64,000 bases of DNA from Antedon mediterranea (Eukaryota > Animalia > Echinodermata): assembly GCF_964355755.1 (NCBI RefSeq), contig NC_092680.1, positions 14,083,045 through 14,147,044 on the forward strand. Reading direction: 5' to 3'. The notes under the pieces were generated by a model. The model was not told where the DNA came from and ran no database searches. It worked only from the letters and a program-made list of their open reading frames with translations. The translations under genes and the position numbers were made by a program. Shown here piece by piece: positions 52,221-64,000 of this stretch. Position 1 is the stretch's first letter. Each line of letters opens with the position of its first letter.

Positions 52221-53200
52221 TCATGTAATTAATCCCCCAAGCCTGATTCGTAGATTACACCCTTGCTGTTCATGTTTGTCTTCATAACCCTTTTTTATCC
52301 TTCTTATTGTCTTCCTTCGTTTGCGTGTTGACTCCAGCATTTGTCGGTCGGCACAGCTTATTCTTGATTTGTCGATCACGTTGAGAGCATTTGTGGTATA
52401 TTTACCAGGGCAAATGTTTTGCCTTGTAAGTACTGCAAGTAATCCCTGCATGCCATCATTGAATAAATAACTATACTTGCCACACCAATATCCATGACCA
52501 TAGCACCCACATACACTTCCTTCGGAACCCGTTGCCAAATTGTGCCATTGAAGGACTCGTTACTGTTGGGCACTTATGGTGACAAGGTTTTTCTTTGTTG
52601 ACACCACGTGGTACAATAATGCCCAGATGTTGCGTTTCATGCCAGCTCTGTCGCCTTTGTTTCCTCATATCGCAATGCTGAAATAGTTCTGTAGTGTGTC
52701 AACTTTCTGCTGGGTGAACCTCCCCTTTCTACATATCCCACCACCATCACTCAGTTTTGTTTTGGCAAGTTTTTGTTTCAGCTTTCGAATTCTTCCGCCC
52801 ACACGCTTTTGAATATGACCGACGCATTCCTTTATTACTATTGGTGTTGTCCCATAAGGCTGGTCTTTAACAACTGATGAAAATGACTTTGTGTCCCCAT
52901 CACCAATATATGAAGTGTACTTTAGTTTTCGGGTTGCCATGCTTCTGCCCCATATGCGGCGTGCCCCAGCTGGTTCCATACTTCCAGCTGAACCGATATG
53001 ATTTATTTTGCATTTGTGGTTTGCCTTCCAACGTATGTATCTAGGTGATGTGTTGTCCTCTTTTTCCCATATCCGACATCCTTTGCAATGCCTACTGAGG
53101 ATCTCATAGTCCATTATCTTGCCAGTTTTTATCTCTCTAGCAACGACGACACAATTCAATGAATTGCGTTTCCTTCGCTGCCAAGTGCCTTCCACACTGA
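52221..53200 (-). pseudogene. Decayed DDE transposase of the 'Mutator-like' (PF20700-type, Kolobok-associated) class
   Basis: VSVEGTWQRR..NSLN, TGKIMDYEILSRHCKGC, HKCKINHIGSAGSME, YIGDGDTKSF, KECVGHIQKRVG, LQNYF, NSNESFNGTIW..PK, FNDG; frameshifts and internal deletion. Confidence 0.85.
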
Positions 53201-53790
53201 CCCTTATGAACTGTTTCAGTATTGCCGCATTCATCTTGTCTTCTGAAATACCTCCCTTTTCCAGAATATGTCGTAGGGAATCCTGCAGCCGTCTGAGATA
53301 ATGTGATGGTGTCTCCCCTGTCTTTTGTTTGATGGAAAAGAATAGGTGAAACAATTCTTCCCCTATAAGAGTAGAGCCATACACTACCTCCATATGCAAT
53401 CTTTTGCTGAGGCTGAAGGTTTTCCCGCCACAGGTCATCAATTCAACATCCAACGCCTTTTCTTCTCGGCTTAAGAAACCTTTTTTTCTGACTCCCCAAT
53501 AAGAGCCTTTGCTTGTGTTCTCCATACATGATGGGTCTTCGTCTTTTCCTTTGTTTGTTCGGGCAGAGAATACTCTAAGTTTACCGACAGTCTAGCTACA
53601 TTTATAATAATACAATAATCCACTATGTGTGGAAAGAAGTGTTGATGAAGCTCTTCCACCTGTTTGAATATAAAACTTATTGTGTCATCTCCTTCAGAGA
53701 GTTCAAAATCTCTTGGAATGTCCACTGCTGTTTTCACTGATAGTCCAGCTAATATGAAAGTCATGTTAATACTAAACCACCTAATCATAA
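53201..53790 (-). pseudogene. PNMA-like Ty3/Gypsy Gag (capsid) relic
   Basis: KLRVFSARTNKGKDED / VWRTQAKALI..VS*AEKKRR / EVVYGSTLIGEELFHLFFSIKQKTGETPSHYLRRLQDSLRHILEKGGI..AILKQFIR. Confidence 0.8.
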
Positions 53791-53967
53791 TCAATAAAAT
53801 ATGAACAGCGAAAAAAAAATGGGAAGAACCTCCCGTAAGCAGTCACCTCCTGTAAGCAGCCACTTTTCCCGGTCCTGAGGGTGGCCGGTTACGGGAGGTT
53901 TAACTATACTTATAAATAAATTAATAAACTACTTATTAGAATACTCTAATTAAAATAATAGTAGCAA

Positions 53968-54545
53968 CTAGAGGGTACTCCGAGAGTACAAACCTCCGCC
54001 TACTGTAAAATTCCCCCTGAATATTTTTTTAAAATATTTTTTTTTATTAGTTCTAAGTGTAAATATGTTAACTGCACACTACAAAGTTGTGGATGACAGT
54101 GTGGTGTAATGGTTATGTATCCAGCCTCTCACAGTTGAGATCGCTGGTTCTAGTCCCACTGAGGTTTTTTTTTTTTATTATTATTTTTTTATTTGTTTTT
54201 GTTTTTAGTGGACCTTGATCTTTGACCCTGACCCTTCAAAATTTAACCACAATTATATGATGTGTCATTGATCATTGTGGCTAAGTTTGGTGAGAATCGG
54301 ATAAAAACTGTGGTCTCTAGGCAGTAAAATAGTTTTTTGTTAGTTGTGACCTTGACCTATGACCTTTTCCCCTCAAAGAACTCGTCTGAGCTTTTGGGGC
54401 ATAGATCATTGTTGCCAAATTTGGTGAGAATCGGATAAAAACTGTGGCCTCCAGGCTGTTCACAGACACACACACAAACACACACAAAGTCACACACACA
54501 CAAACATACAGGGGTGAAAACATAACCTCCTTGGCGGAGGTAATA
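53968..54545 (-). mobile_element. Helentron-like non-autonomous element containing a tRNA-like segment
   Basis: subTIR acctccgcc / ggcggaggt, (CA)n, terminal hairpin gtactc-cga-gagtac next to ctag; A-box tggtgtaatgg and B-box ggttctagtcc at 54097-54164. Confidence 0.7.
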
Positions 54546-54959
54546 ATAACCACACACAATAATAATAAAATAGATATTACTTTTCCTGGACGAGCTCCCA
54601 ATTTGAAACAAAAAATTTCCAAGTAGTATTAAATTATTTAAATAATCAAATAAGGAAAATACCTTATAAATTAGAAATGTAGATTTATTCCTTTGACATC
54701 AACTTGTTTGAATTTATATAAAATCAATATTATTTGTTCACAAGATAAAAAAACAACTAGATTTGAACTTCTTCTTCTTCGTATTTGGAGCCAACTTCAG
54801 GTGTGAAGACTCTGCTCCTCCAACTCTGTTTTGCTAGCTCTACTGTATTTGATTGTGTGGTATTATTCTATTTATTTATTCTTTTACAGAGAGAAACTGA
54901 CTCTCTTATTTATTTATAATTAATTATTTTAAGTAAAAGGTAAAATAGAGTAAACTGTA

Positions 54960-55850
54960 CCCAACATCAAACACTATGGAAGTCTACCGTCCGTGCCAAC
55001 CGCTATCACTTTTCTGGGCTGCTACCTAGGAGGCAGAATAAAGTAGCCGGATACCCATTTACCCCACCTCAGCCATCCAGGTGCCCAGTGAGCTGTCACC
55101 AAGACAGAGACCCCCAGAGAGTAAGTTGTGACAAGGGGTACCCTATTAATTAAGTTTGGACAATATGGGTTTTGAATTCCAGAATAAAAGTACAATTTAC
55201 AACCTTATCTGGTAGATGATTCCAGTCGATGGCAGTGCGTGGAAAGAATGAATACCTAAAGTAATTCACTGTTGAGTGAGGAATATGGTATGATTGACTG
55301 TTCTCTCTCCAACTGGGTCTACAGGTGTTTCTCATGACCAGTTTCATATCGGCTGCTACAGTAGTGTATCTTATGGAACATTAGCAGTCGAGCTATCCTC
55401 CTCCTCTCTTCCAAGGTTTCCCAACCAAGGACCTTTATCATTTCGGTTACACTTGACGTGCGCTTATAGTTGTTGCAGGCAAATCTAGCCACTCTTCTCT
55501 GTACCAATTCAAGTTTACCAATTAAATTGGAATTATATGGGTCCCATACGGTGTTAGAATACTCTAATAGACAACATTTATATGCAAGGCCTTTTATCCG
55601 TTTGTTCCTGACATACACGTTTCTTCTCAAAAAGTTGAGTGCATTGTCTGCCTTGGAAGTTATGGCATCCACATGGGAGTTCCACTTCATATCTTGGGAT
55701 GTTGACGCCAAGGTATTTAGCAACATCAACACTCTTTATTTCGCTTTCACATAGGGTGTATTTCTGTTCTACTTTCTTCTTCTTATTCCTTGTTATTTTG
55801 AGAAGCTCACTCTTTTCTGGGAGGAACTGCATTTACCATGTCCTATCAAG
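54960..55850 (-). pseudogene. CR1/L2-group LINE 3' fragment (RT C-terminus + 3' UTR)
   Basis: KYLGV, MKWNSHVDAI..KA..LNFLRRN, LEY..VWDP, LELVQRRVARF, LGWETLEERR, SFFPRTAIDWNHLP. Confidence 0.88.
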
Positions 55851-56118
55851 TTGGTGGAGATCAGACTGCAGGACACACCAATTAAAACACAATTGAATGT
55901 ATGAAACGCCGCGTGTGCCGTTTGTCATACAACGTGTAATCAAAACGACGAGTGGTTTAATACAATTGTTTTACCTTTTTTCAGATTGAAATGACTTTAG
56001 ACGTATATGACTTAATAAATATTAACAGATAGATGTTTTTAATTATTTATGTATTATTATGTTTATCGTATAATAATGAATATTGTGTAAACATAGTTGG
56101 CTTTTTTATATATTTTTT

Positions 56119-57690
56119 GGTTATCCGCAACTTAGTTGCAGGATAACCCATGTGATTGTAAATATCTTTTTTTTTCATCTTCTTTGTTATTCTTCTTACT
56201 TTCCCGGATTTTTGTGACCAGCATATCTCTATTGCTTGTAAACATAACTTTGTATAACTTGGTAAAAAGATTGACATTGAAGTGTAGATGTGCAGCCAAG
56301 CTTTTGGACGATGTCAGATCCGCGTTGCGTAAGTTACGCGCGATTTTATGAATTTTTATAACTCATCATAACTTTAGAACCAACAAATATTGTTTCATGA
56401 AACTTAATAAAATTATAATTCATATCATGGGTCAATTTTCTATGGATTAAAAATGGCATGTTTTACAAGAAGTTACGCGCGCATTTAAAGTTTCAAAATG
56501 GCCAAAATTAATTTCTAATCAACTTTCTACGCTGATCATGACATTTTGAGCATGTCAAAAATTCCCGCGCGCGCCAAAAAATGTACGCATATGGTGCGCA
56601 CGGAGTACGAAAATCATGTTTTTTTCTCATGAATTGTAATTTTGCAGCCTTTCCTAGTCATTTTAAAAAAGATTGACATCATTTCAAATTTAAATGACGT
56701 CATACGAACACGTTGATTTATACCATTTTCGCGCTTTTAGTTGAAAAAGTTACACAATATTGTCCAAATTATGCCTATTTTTAATCTATTATAGCTCCTC
56801 AGGATCATCCATGACCCCCAATTTTTTTTATTTGATATGTAAGCAGATATGTTGTAGATATGAATTCATGCAGAATCTTTACCCCTCGGATGTTATGACG
56901 TCATCATATGGCCACACGAATGTAAAATATAGGATTTTTTACTCTTTCGTTATTGCTCATCACATTAAATAGAGCGCATCTCGCTTATACGTATTCCATT
57001 TCCTCAGATATTTTAATACTGTCTAGGTCAATCAACTATCTTTCCCATGAGTTAAAAATATTTTAATTTTTATGACGTCATCGTGTCTAAAAATGTAAAT
57101 AAAGTGGGTCATCTTATTTCATCTTTACAGTAAATTTCAATCTGTTATAGCTCGTCAGAATAAAAAGTGATAATCATGAATAAAACGTTTTCTGGAAGCT
57201 ATTGGATTGTAGATACGAATTCATGTGAATATTTTGCCAATCAGATGTTGTGACGTCATCATATGGTCAGTTGAATAAAAAAAGTCGTATTTTCATCTCT
57301 TGCGTAAAAGTTCATTGCGTTTAAACGAGAGCGCATCTCACTTTTACGTGCCCAAAATTCATCAAATTTGTATTAATGTAATTATTTAGATAATTATCTT
57401 CTAAAATTGTTATCTCTAAATGTCAATTTGATGACTTCATCGTGTTAATAATTGGATTTAAAAGATGGGTCTCGTTTCGTCTATGCTACACTGTATATAA
57501 CATACAGTTTATTCTGTAAATACTGTAATATGCTGTATGCTACATAATAGGTACAATTCAGCACTGTAAACATATTTATTTCATGTCATAGGATGGCATA
57601 ATAATTGTCGAGGTTCATATGGTTAAGTATGTGCATGTTGCGTTTGCGCGGATAACCCGAACTCGTCAAAGTGACGAGTTCAAATCTAGT
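56119..57690 (+). mobile_element. Helentron-like non-autonomous element with internal ~370-bp tandem duplication
   Basis: subTIR ggttatccgc / gcggataacc, 3' hairpin gaactcgtca-aag-tgacgagttc followed by ctagtt, T-rich flanks. Confidence 0.75.
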
Positions 57691-58469
57691 TAAATGTAGG
57701 CCTATACAGTAAAAGTGTAAGGAAAAGAATTGAAATTGGACAAAATACAGTATTTGTTTGAATACGTTAAATAAATTTAGAATGGTGAATTATTATAATA
57801 AACATTATTTTAATAAAAAGTTAACTAAAAAATATGTTTATTCTTTGATTTTATTCTCAAACATATATTGCTTGGTTTCATTTATTTGTTCCTCCATCGT
57901 GGTTTCATAGGCTTTACTACTGTACTGTACGTTTATAATACTGCATTGGCTTGTTGTAGCTGCGGCGGTATTGGCGTCTCATAGAAAATGTTGGCGGCCG
58001 TTTCAGTCGGCGGCCGTTTTGGTCACACACCGATTCTAGCCTAGGCTAGCAAAGAAGAAAACACCTGGGCCTAATTAATTTATTTTACAAAATGAAGCGA
58101 TTCTGTCCCCGTACACGTAATAAAGAAAGTTGTTAAAAAATATGATAGCAAATTGCAAATTGGTAAAAGCACAGAATTACTGGTTAGTTTTAGCATTTTG
58201 ATGTTTCTCCATCCATTATTACACATGTGTGACATGGTTTCTCTCTTTTTTACATTTCCTCTCTAGCCTAAAGATTTCAAACCAGCGTTGCCAGCGATAA
58301 AATTTAAATTATGCCGTAGCCCATCTCAAATAATAGTGTAGGCCACTATGTAATTTCGTGTCATTTTTTTGTTAAAAGCAAAATTCCAGCTGATTTAGTG
58401 TCTTTAGGATGTAAAGTAATGAAAAAAATATGTTGCCATTTTTTTTAAAAAGCTTAAGGGTGTCAAATC

Positions 58470-60185
58470 CAAGATGGCCGCCAATACGTAAAATATCCAA
58501 TAAATGTACCATATTGGACAAAGTAACACCCATTATGAATAATATTTTAAGTTCATATGGGTTCTCTGCTATATAAGAATTATTATAAACCTATATTCAT
58601 TAGTATTCTGACATTTTGAATTTCAAAATGGCCGCCATTTTTAAAAAATGGATCAAATTTCTTATTAAAACATGTACAAGTTATGACGTTGATTGAAATC
58701 ACATACAATGATAGGCCTATGACAACAACATTGGTGATTAACACAAAATGGCGGCCATTTTGAATTTTAAAATGGCCGCCATTTTTTTAAAATGGGTTAA
58801 ATTTCTTATTAAAACTTGTATAAGTTAAATAAAATGAGATTGAAATATACAAAATGATATGCTTATGACAACAACATGGTGATTAACACAAAATGTTGAC
58901 CATCGGGATGTCTACAGTACTGACTGTACACTTCTTCATATTAAAACATCTCATAAACTTCTTCAGTTAAATGACAACTAACTCTGCCAAAGTCCTTCAA
59001 TGAAATATTTCTAATCTTGAATGCGATACAGTAAGTTGACCTTCCTTCGTTCTCTACTACTGTATCCATCGAACTTCTACAGACTGATCTGCGTTCCCAG
59101 CAACCTTGTTCAGAAACAAATTGGCAAAATAACTGAAATACCTCATTTCACCGGCAAATAATCTCTATAGGAGTCTTCTTTTACTTTGATAAGTTTGTCA
59201 CCTGTATTCACCGTCATATATAATTTTTGCCAATATTCGTCTTTTTCTTAGGATCCCATATAGACAGTTTTCCTTCTACAAGATTTTTACCAATGCCTCA
59301 AACATTTTCTGTCCAATTTCATCATGCCATGGCCAACAAACACCTTTGTGCGAATTGCAGCATTCTTCATTAATCGGGATATCATCTCTCTTTAAATGTT
59401 AACTAGATTTGCCAGCTCTGATTAAATCATTAATTTGTGTTATTCCAATGATACCACGCTCAATGACCCTGATCAATTGATGTAAATCCAGCAAGTCCCA
59501 CACATACATGTCCTCTCATATACATATATAGGGATATAGTTTAACCACATCATTTAGATTTCGTCGACTCTCTGTATTCAAGTTAATATCTTTATGATCA
59601 GCCTCTTTCAAACAAAATGATACTTAACTTAGAATCTCTTTCTCTGTCTGCATTTGTAGAAGCAAGTTGTAGACAGAAAGCAGAATTAGTGTTCTTCTGT
59701 TCTTTAGAGATGTTTTCCATTTAAGATATTTGTGTCACTGGTTGTATAAGTAATACAAGTTCACAAAAGCACTTGCCTCAACACTATTTTCACAATGCTA
59801 TATGTCCAAAAGCCATATAGTTCACCGGGTCGACATAATAATTGCTTTTTGATGTCATCTCTGTCCACCTCCACTCATCTCGGGCAAGAGTCATCACCAG
59901 GCATTCTTGTCATTCCCTAGTACATGAGTTTTTATACCACAACCATGTGCACTCATCAAACCAGTGTATAATGCTGGTCTGTCTGTAGGGGGTACATATC
60001 TAATGAAATTGGTTGAGATTGTAGAAGATGAGAAGTAGGAGTTCATTCATTTACAAGGTTATTTATAGGCAGAGCTGTATCTGTATTTCCTTCAAGCTTC
60101 TGCCAAAAGTTGACAGGTTGAAAACTTACCAACCATACTGGTGACTATGGCCCTGAAGGTTCAGACATTGAATTACATAGCAATA
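58470..60185 (-). pseudogene. Heavily decayed large DNA-transposon ORF (Academ-like) with aaaatggccgccat subterminal repeats
   Basis: Minus-strand fragments PTDRPALYTGL, RPGEL, ILNGKH, GLAGFT, DEIGQKMFEALV, VEGKLSIWDPKKK, TGDKLIKVKED. Confidence 0.45.
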
Positions 60186-60192
60186 ACGCATT

Positions 60193-62092
60193 CAGGGCTC
60201 GCAGAATCGCTTGCCCGACGTCCCGCGGCAACCAAATAAATACGTCGGGCAACTAAAATTTAACATGTCATGTCCCGACGGGCAACCTCTTAAAATCACC
60301 GAAAATGTCCACGATGTTTTACAGGGGTTGTGAAAAACTGTAACAATGAAAATAATAGTCGCGCACGAACGAATTCTCTTGACGTCGAGACCAGTGTAGT
60401 GTTTGTTAAGTAAATGTATGGATCGGAATTCGGTGGTATGGAATGTTATCTCCAGGAGCCAAAACATGTGTTTCTATGCAGTCGGGCGTATCAAGTCGTT
60501 GCGTATAGAGTTTCCAGGTCTGTCATATAGCACGCGGTCTCTTGCGGCATCCATTGATCGCGAAATAGGAAGCGTTGAACTCTCGGCTTTTAACTTATTT
60601 GAAGTTATTATACCAGGGAGTTTCTAATTAACAACTCCCTAGTTATACTATAAACCAAATAAAATAGGGGCTAGTATGTTTTTGTTTTTCTCAATTATCG
60701 ACATCATTTTACGGTGGTAATAAAATCTGAATCTACTACTTAGTATTAATTATGTGGCCTACAGCCTGATAGTAGATTAGGCCTATGTTTAATTACATTC
60801 ATGTTATGTATTTTGTGTGTAATAAATAATTTGCTGAATTACTGTAATTATTGTTCAAATGTACAGTTGTATTGAAAATACAGTATATTATTAAATTATA
60901 ATAGCTACGTAATTTTAATTGTCTGTGCCAAATAGGCGGCGGCCGATGTTTTTAACACAGGCAAGTAGGCCTACCATTTTTTTTAAAAATATTACAGAAT
61001 ATAAATTTAATAGGCCTAATAATTTATTTAATAAATACATTGAATACTTAAATAGTTACAGTATATTTTTTATTATCAACATTGAAAATAATACACTTCT
61101 TCGGGTATCGCCGAGAGTTGAACTTTCAAAAACTCCAACTTGGCGGAGCACGTGGTTTTCACCACAATTCGGCACAGTTCCCTTGTGTTGTTTTCAATCA
61201 CCAACTTGTGCGAGCAGATGGTTGTTTTTATCCAACCTGTGCGAGTTTCTACTGAAACAACAAGTAAACTTCCACAAGCCCGCACTCTCCACACACCATA
61301 CCCATGTGCTCCTACTACGTACGGCAGCTGCTGTGAGGTTTTTTGCTATACGCATGCGTATTGTTTCACGTCACGTAGACGGACGTCAGTTGATGTTTGT
61401 TTTTTTTTTCTTCTCTATGATTTCAACGCGTTACAAGCTCATCACCTTCATAAGTACTTTGTTTAAACTTTTTAGGCCTAGGAGGCCTACATTTCTATAG
61501 GCAATATTTTAGATATATCTATTAAATAATTGTAAGATAATTAGTGCCATGTCTAGGCCACTACATTTTAAATATCGCAAAATAGCTTGATTTCGGAATT
61601 TCATTGCACAATAGAAGCAAAAGGTTTTTGCTCCCAAAGTAAACCCATCACGTGAATTCATTCACGAAACGGAACACATCTTCGATCGATGACAAACAAT
61701 GCCGTGCAACGAAGCGTAACCAACAGAAATAACATAGCGTTTTCAAGGGATTTCAGGACACCATGTTAATTAAACAATCGCAACTCTTGTACGGAGGATC
61801 GTATGAGAAAATAAATTACTGTAAAATGTTCTTAAAAGATCGGCCTACATCACTGTGTAATTGAAAAAATTTGAAAAATTGTTTTCACTACTTTAAAATC
61901 CATCGAAAAAAACACCACAGTGTATTAAAGCATAGTCGTGTTTCACCGACGTTTTTTCGCGGTGCAGTCGCGGTATAAAACGTTAAAATTAAGCTAAAAT
62001 AGTGGGCAAGTAAAAAAATGATGAGGGCAACCAAAATCCAAAACCTACTTGCCCGAAGGGCAACCAAATATTTTAGGATTCTGCGAGCCCTG
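60193..62092. mobile_element. hAT-like non-autonomous element with 16-bp TIR and 5-bp TSD gcatt
   Basis: gcatt|cagggctcgcagaatc ... gattctgcgagccctg|gcatt; subterminal ttgcccga/gggcaac repeats. Confidence 0.82.
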
Positions 62093-62999
62093 GCATTTAT
62101 TATTTACCATTATACAGGATTTCACAATAAGGTATAAATGTGTACCGCAAAATGTAAAACAGTTTTCACTATTACGATATTGTTCCATATTTCTATCTTA
62201 GGAATATATTAGATATATAAGAGTTTTAAAACAAAATTTCTGATTCATCGGTAGATTTTCAACTCAATTTCAATTGTACGCGGTCAAAGTAATTTCTGGG
62301 TTCACGATGAGTTTACAGGTTCACCTTGCAACTACCTGGTTTCAGTTAAGTTGGTCATTAGTGGCTATAGCTATTTTAGTTTTTTGTTTATTTTCGGATC
62401 GGACCGCGCGTGTGAAGGTACAGTAGTTAAAAAATAAATCCCGATAGCCGAGTTTTATTGAGTAAGCTGGCAGGAATAACTGTAGGCTATCTGTGTCCCA
62501 TTAGGGCCCATATTGCAAGCCGTCTAAAACACCTTCCTTCTTGGGCCGAAACGGCCTACACTGTCGCGGAAGTTAGTTTCAAAAGATGTTTAAATTAAAT
62601 AATGTATTATGATGGTATTTATTTGAATAAACGCCTCCCCAATAAAACATCACTTTGAATAATAATCGCCTACACCCACCTACCCAACTATCTAATGAAC
62701 GCCCATCCACATTAATTATACACACAATATTATATATACTATTTATAATAGAATTCATTACACTGTTAACTATAATTTACCAAGCATTTGTTATAATTTT
62801 TTACCACTTTTCATATCTATTAGAGGATTTTATTTGATTATAAATGTTACGATATTATTAAAACTAAAAAATCCCTCGAATAAGCATCTCCCTCAAATGA
62901 ACTCTGCCTCCCCACCTCCGCCCTATAAAACAATAAACACTATACTTTAAAATGTTATTAATCATCTAAGTATGGGGCGCCATAAGCAGCAAAAGTGTG

Positions 63000-63200
63000 T
63001 TGCTGAAAAATGTATGTGTACATTTAAAATGTGTGCGTGTGTAATTGCAAAATGTATTTGTAAACCTAAAAATGTGTGTGTATTTGTAAAATGCATGTTT
63101 GTAATTGTAAAACGTAGTTGTACATTTGTAAAATGTAGTTGTACACTTTTAAAATGTAGTTGTACACTTTTAAAATGTAGTTGAAACAAGGAATGTACAC
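63000..63200. repeat. Degenerate ~21-bp repeat (tgtacacttttaaaatgtagt)
   Basis: Read directly. Confidence 0.75.
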
Positions 63201-64000
63201 TTGTAACGCTTGGTTAGAGATCTCTAATCAAGCGTGAAGACCATACCATTTCTCGAAAGGGGTTTATCGTCTAGAATGGCTAGATGACCGGCGGCCTGCC
63301 ACCGCCTGCGAATAACCTCTACGCACCCTCATGGTATTCAGCAAGTGAGACGAGCATGCACCACATGTTTGGATGGAATCTGGAATGCATACCCATACTT
63401 CTTTTAATCGTTGATTAGGGCTATCTATACTATAGTCAACTGTCAGTGTCATCCTATTGTTGAGGTAGGCAGGCCTACACAGTACAGTATGTAAAGTAGC
63501 CCATTCCTTAGAGCTGTAAACCAGTATAGGGCCTACTAGGCCTAGCCTAGCCTAGTACAGCTACAACAGTACAGGGCCTAGCTAGCGTAGCTAGTCTACT
63601 AGTAGGCCAAGAGGCATACATAGGCCTATTATATAGGTGCCGCCTAGGCCTAACTAGGCAAACCGCATAAACTAGCTAAATGCCTACATCACGCAGCTTA
63701 AGTGTCAGCGTTTACTGTACCTGTCATCAATTTAAAAAAGGATTTATTTGTTTATACATTTTATAAGGGTCAGACGTGAGCCTACTTATGAGGCCTACTT
63801 AAAGCCTAAATCCAAGATTTGCTATTCATGATATAGTTAGTTAACACATTTGGAGTTGATAACAGCAGTAGGGCTGGTGTTAGGCTAGCCAAACCTGCAG
63901 GGTATGGCCTAGCCTAGTAGTAGCCCAGCTAGTTGTAAGCTAGCCCTACTAGACCTGGGTAAAACAATCAATATTTTACTACTGAAATAACAAAATGCGA

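Noticed and set aside
54095-54166. Functional tRNA gene
   Set aside because: Acceptor and anticodon stems do not pair properly; embedded in a repeat
60919-61500. 193-aa ORF inside the hAT-like element
   Set aside because: No recognisable motif, non-ATG start, AT-rich low-complexity N-terminus

Overview
AT-rich, intron-containing eukaryotic (animal) DNA, probably from a marine invertebrate (inference from gene content and TE families), not prokaryotic. Three + strand spliced genes can be built by hand with GT-AG introns and consistent phases. (1) A large MAP1/futsch-family microtubule-associated protein (3 exons in window, 4056-13010, first exon(s) not found) carrying three lineage-specific tandem-repeat blocks: Cys/His CGDGIHCNTPPP x15, acidic TEELQKDESQ x34+ and basic KKTDA x25. 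(2) An SMPDL3B-like acid sphingomyelinase-like phosphodiesterase (6 exons, 19612-34156, 459 aa). (3) VPS45 (15 exons, 35734-51203, 554 aa). Introns and intergenic DNA are packed with TEs: Kolobok-like TTAA MITEs, Harbinger, MULE and hAT-like MITEs, Helentron-like elements, LINE relics and a Penelope-like element. The most notable observations are: a 6-kb composite insert (Penelope element + degenerate minimal hammerhead + 3.3-kb 16-bp satellite) flanked by a 14-bp direct repeat inside a split MITE; an in-frame PNMA/Gypsy-Gag to DDE-transposase chimera; a probable KilA-N (virus/Polinton-type) relic upstream of VPS45; and direct evidence that TAGGCCTA/TAGGCTA motifs arise as insertions at TA sites. 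All family calls come from motif recognition by eye; no searches were run.
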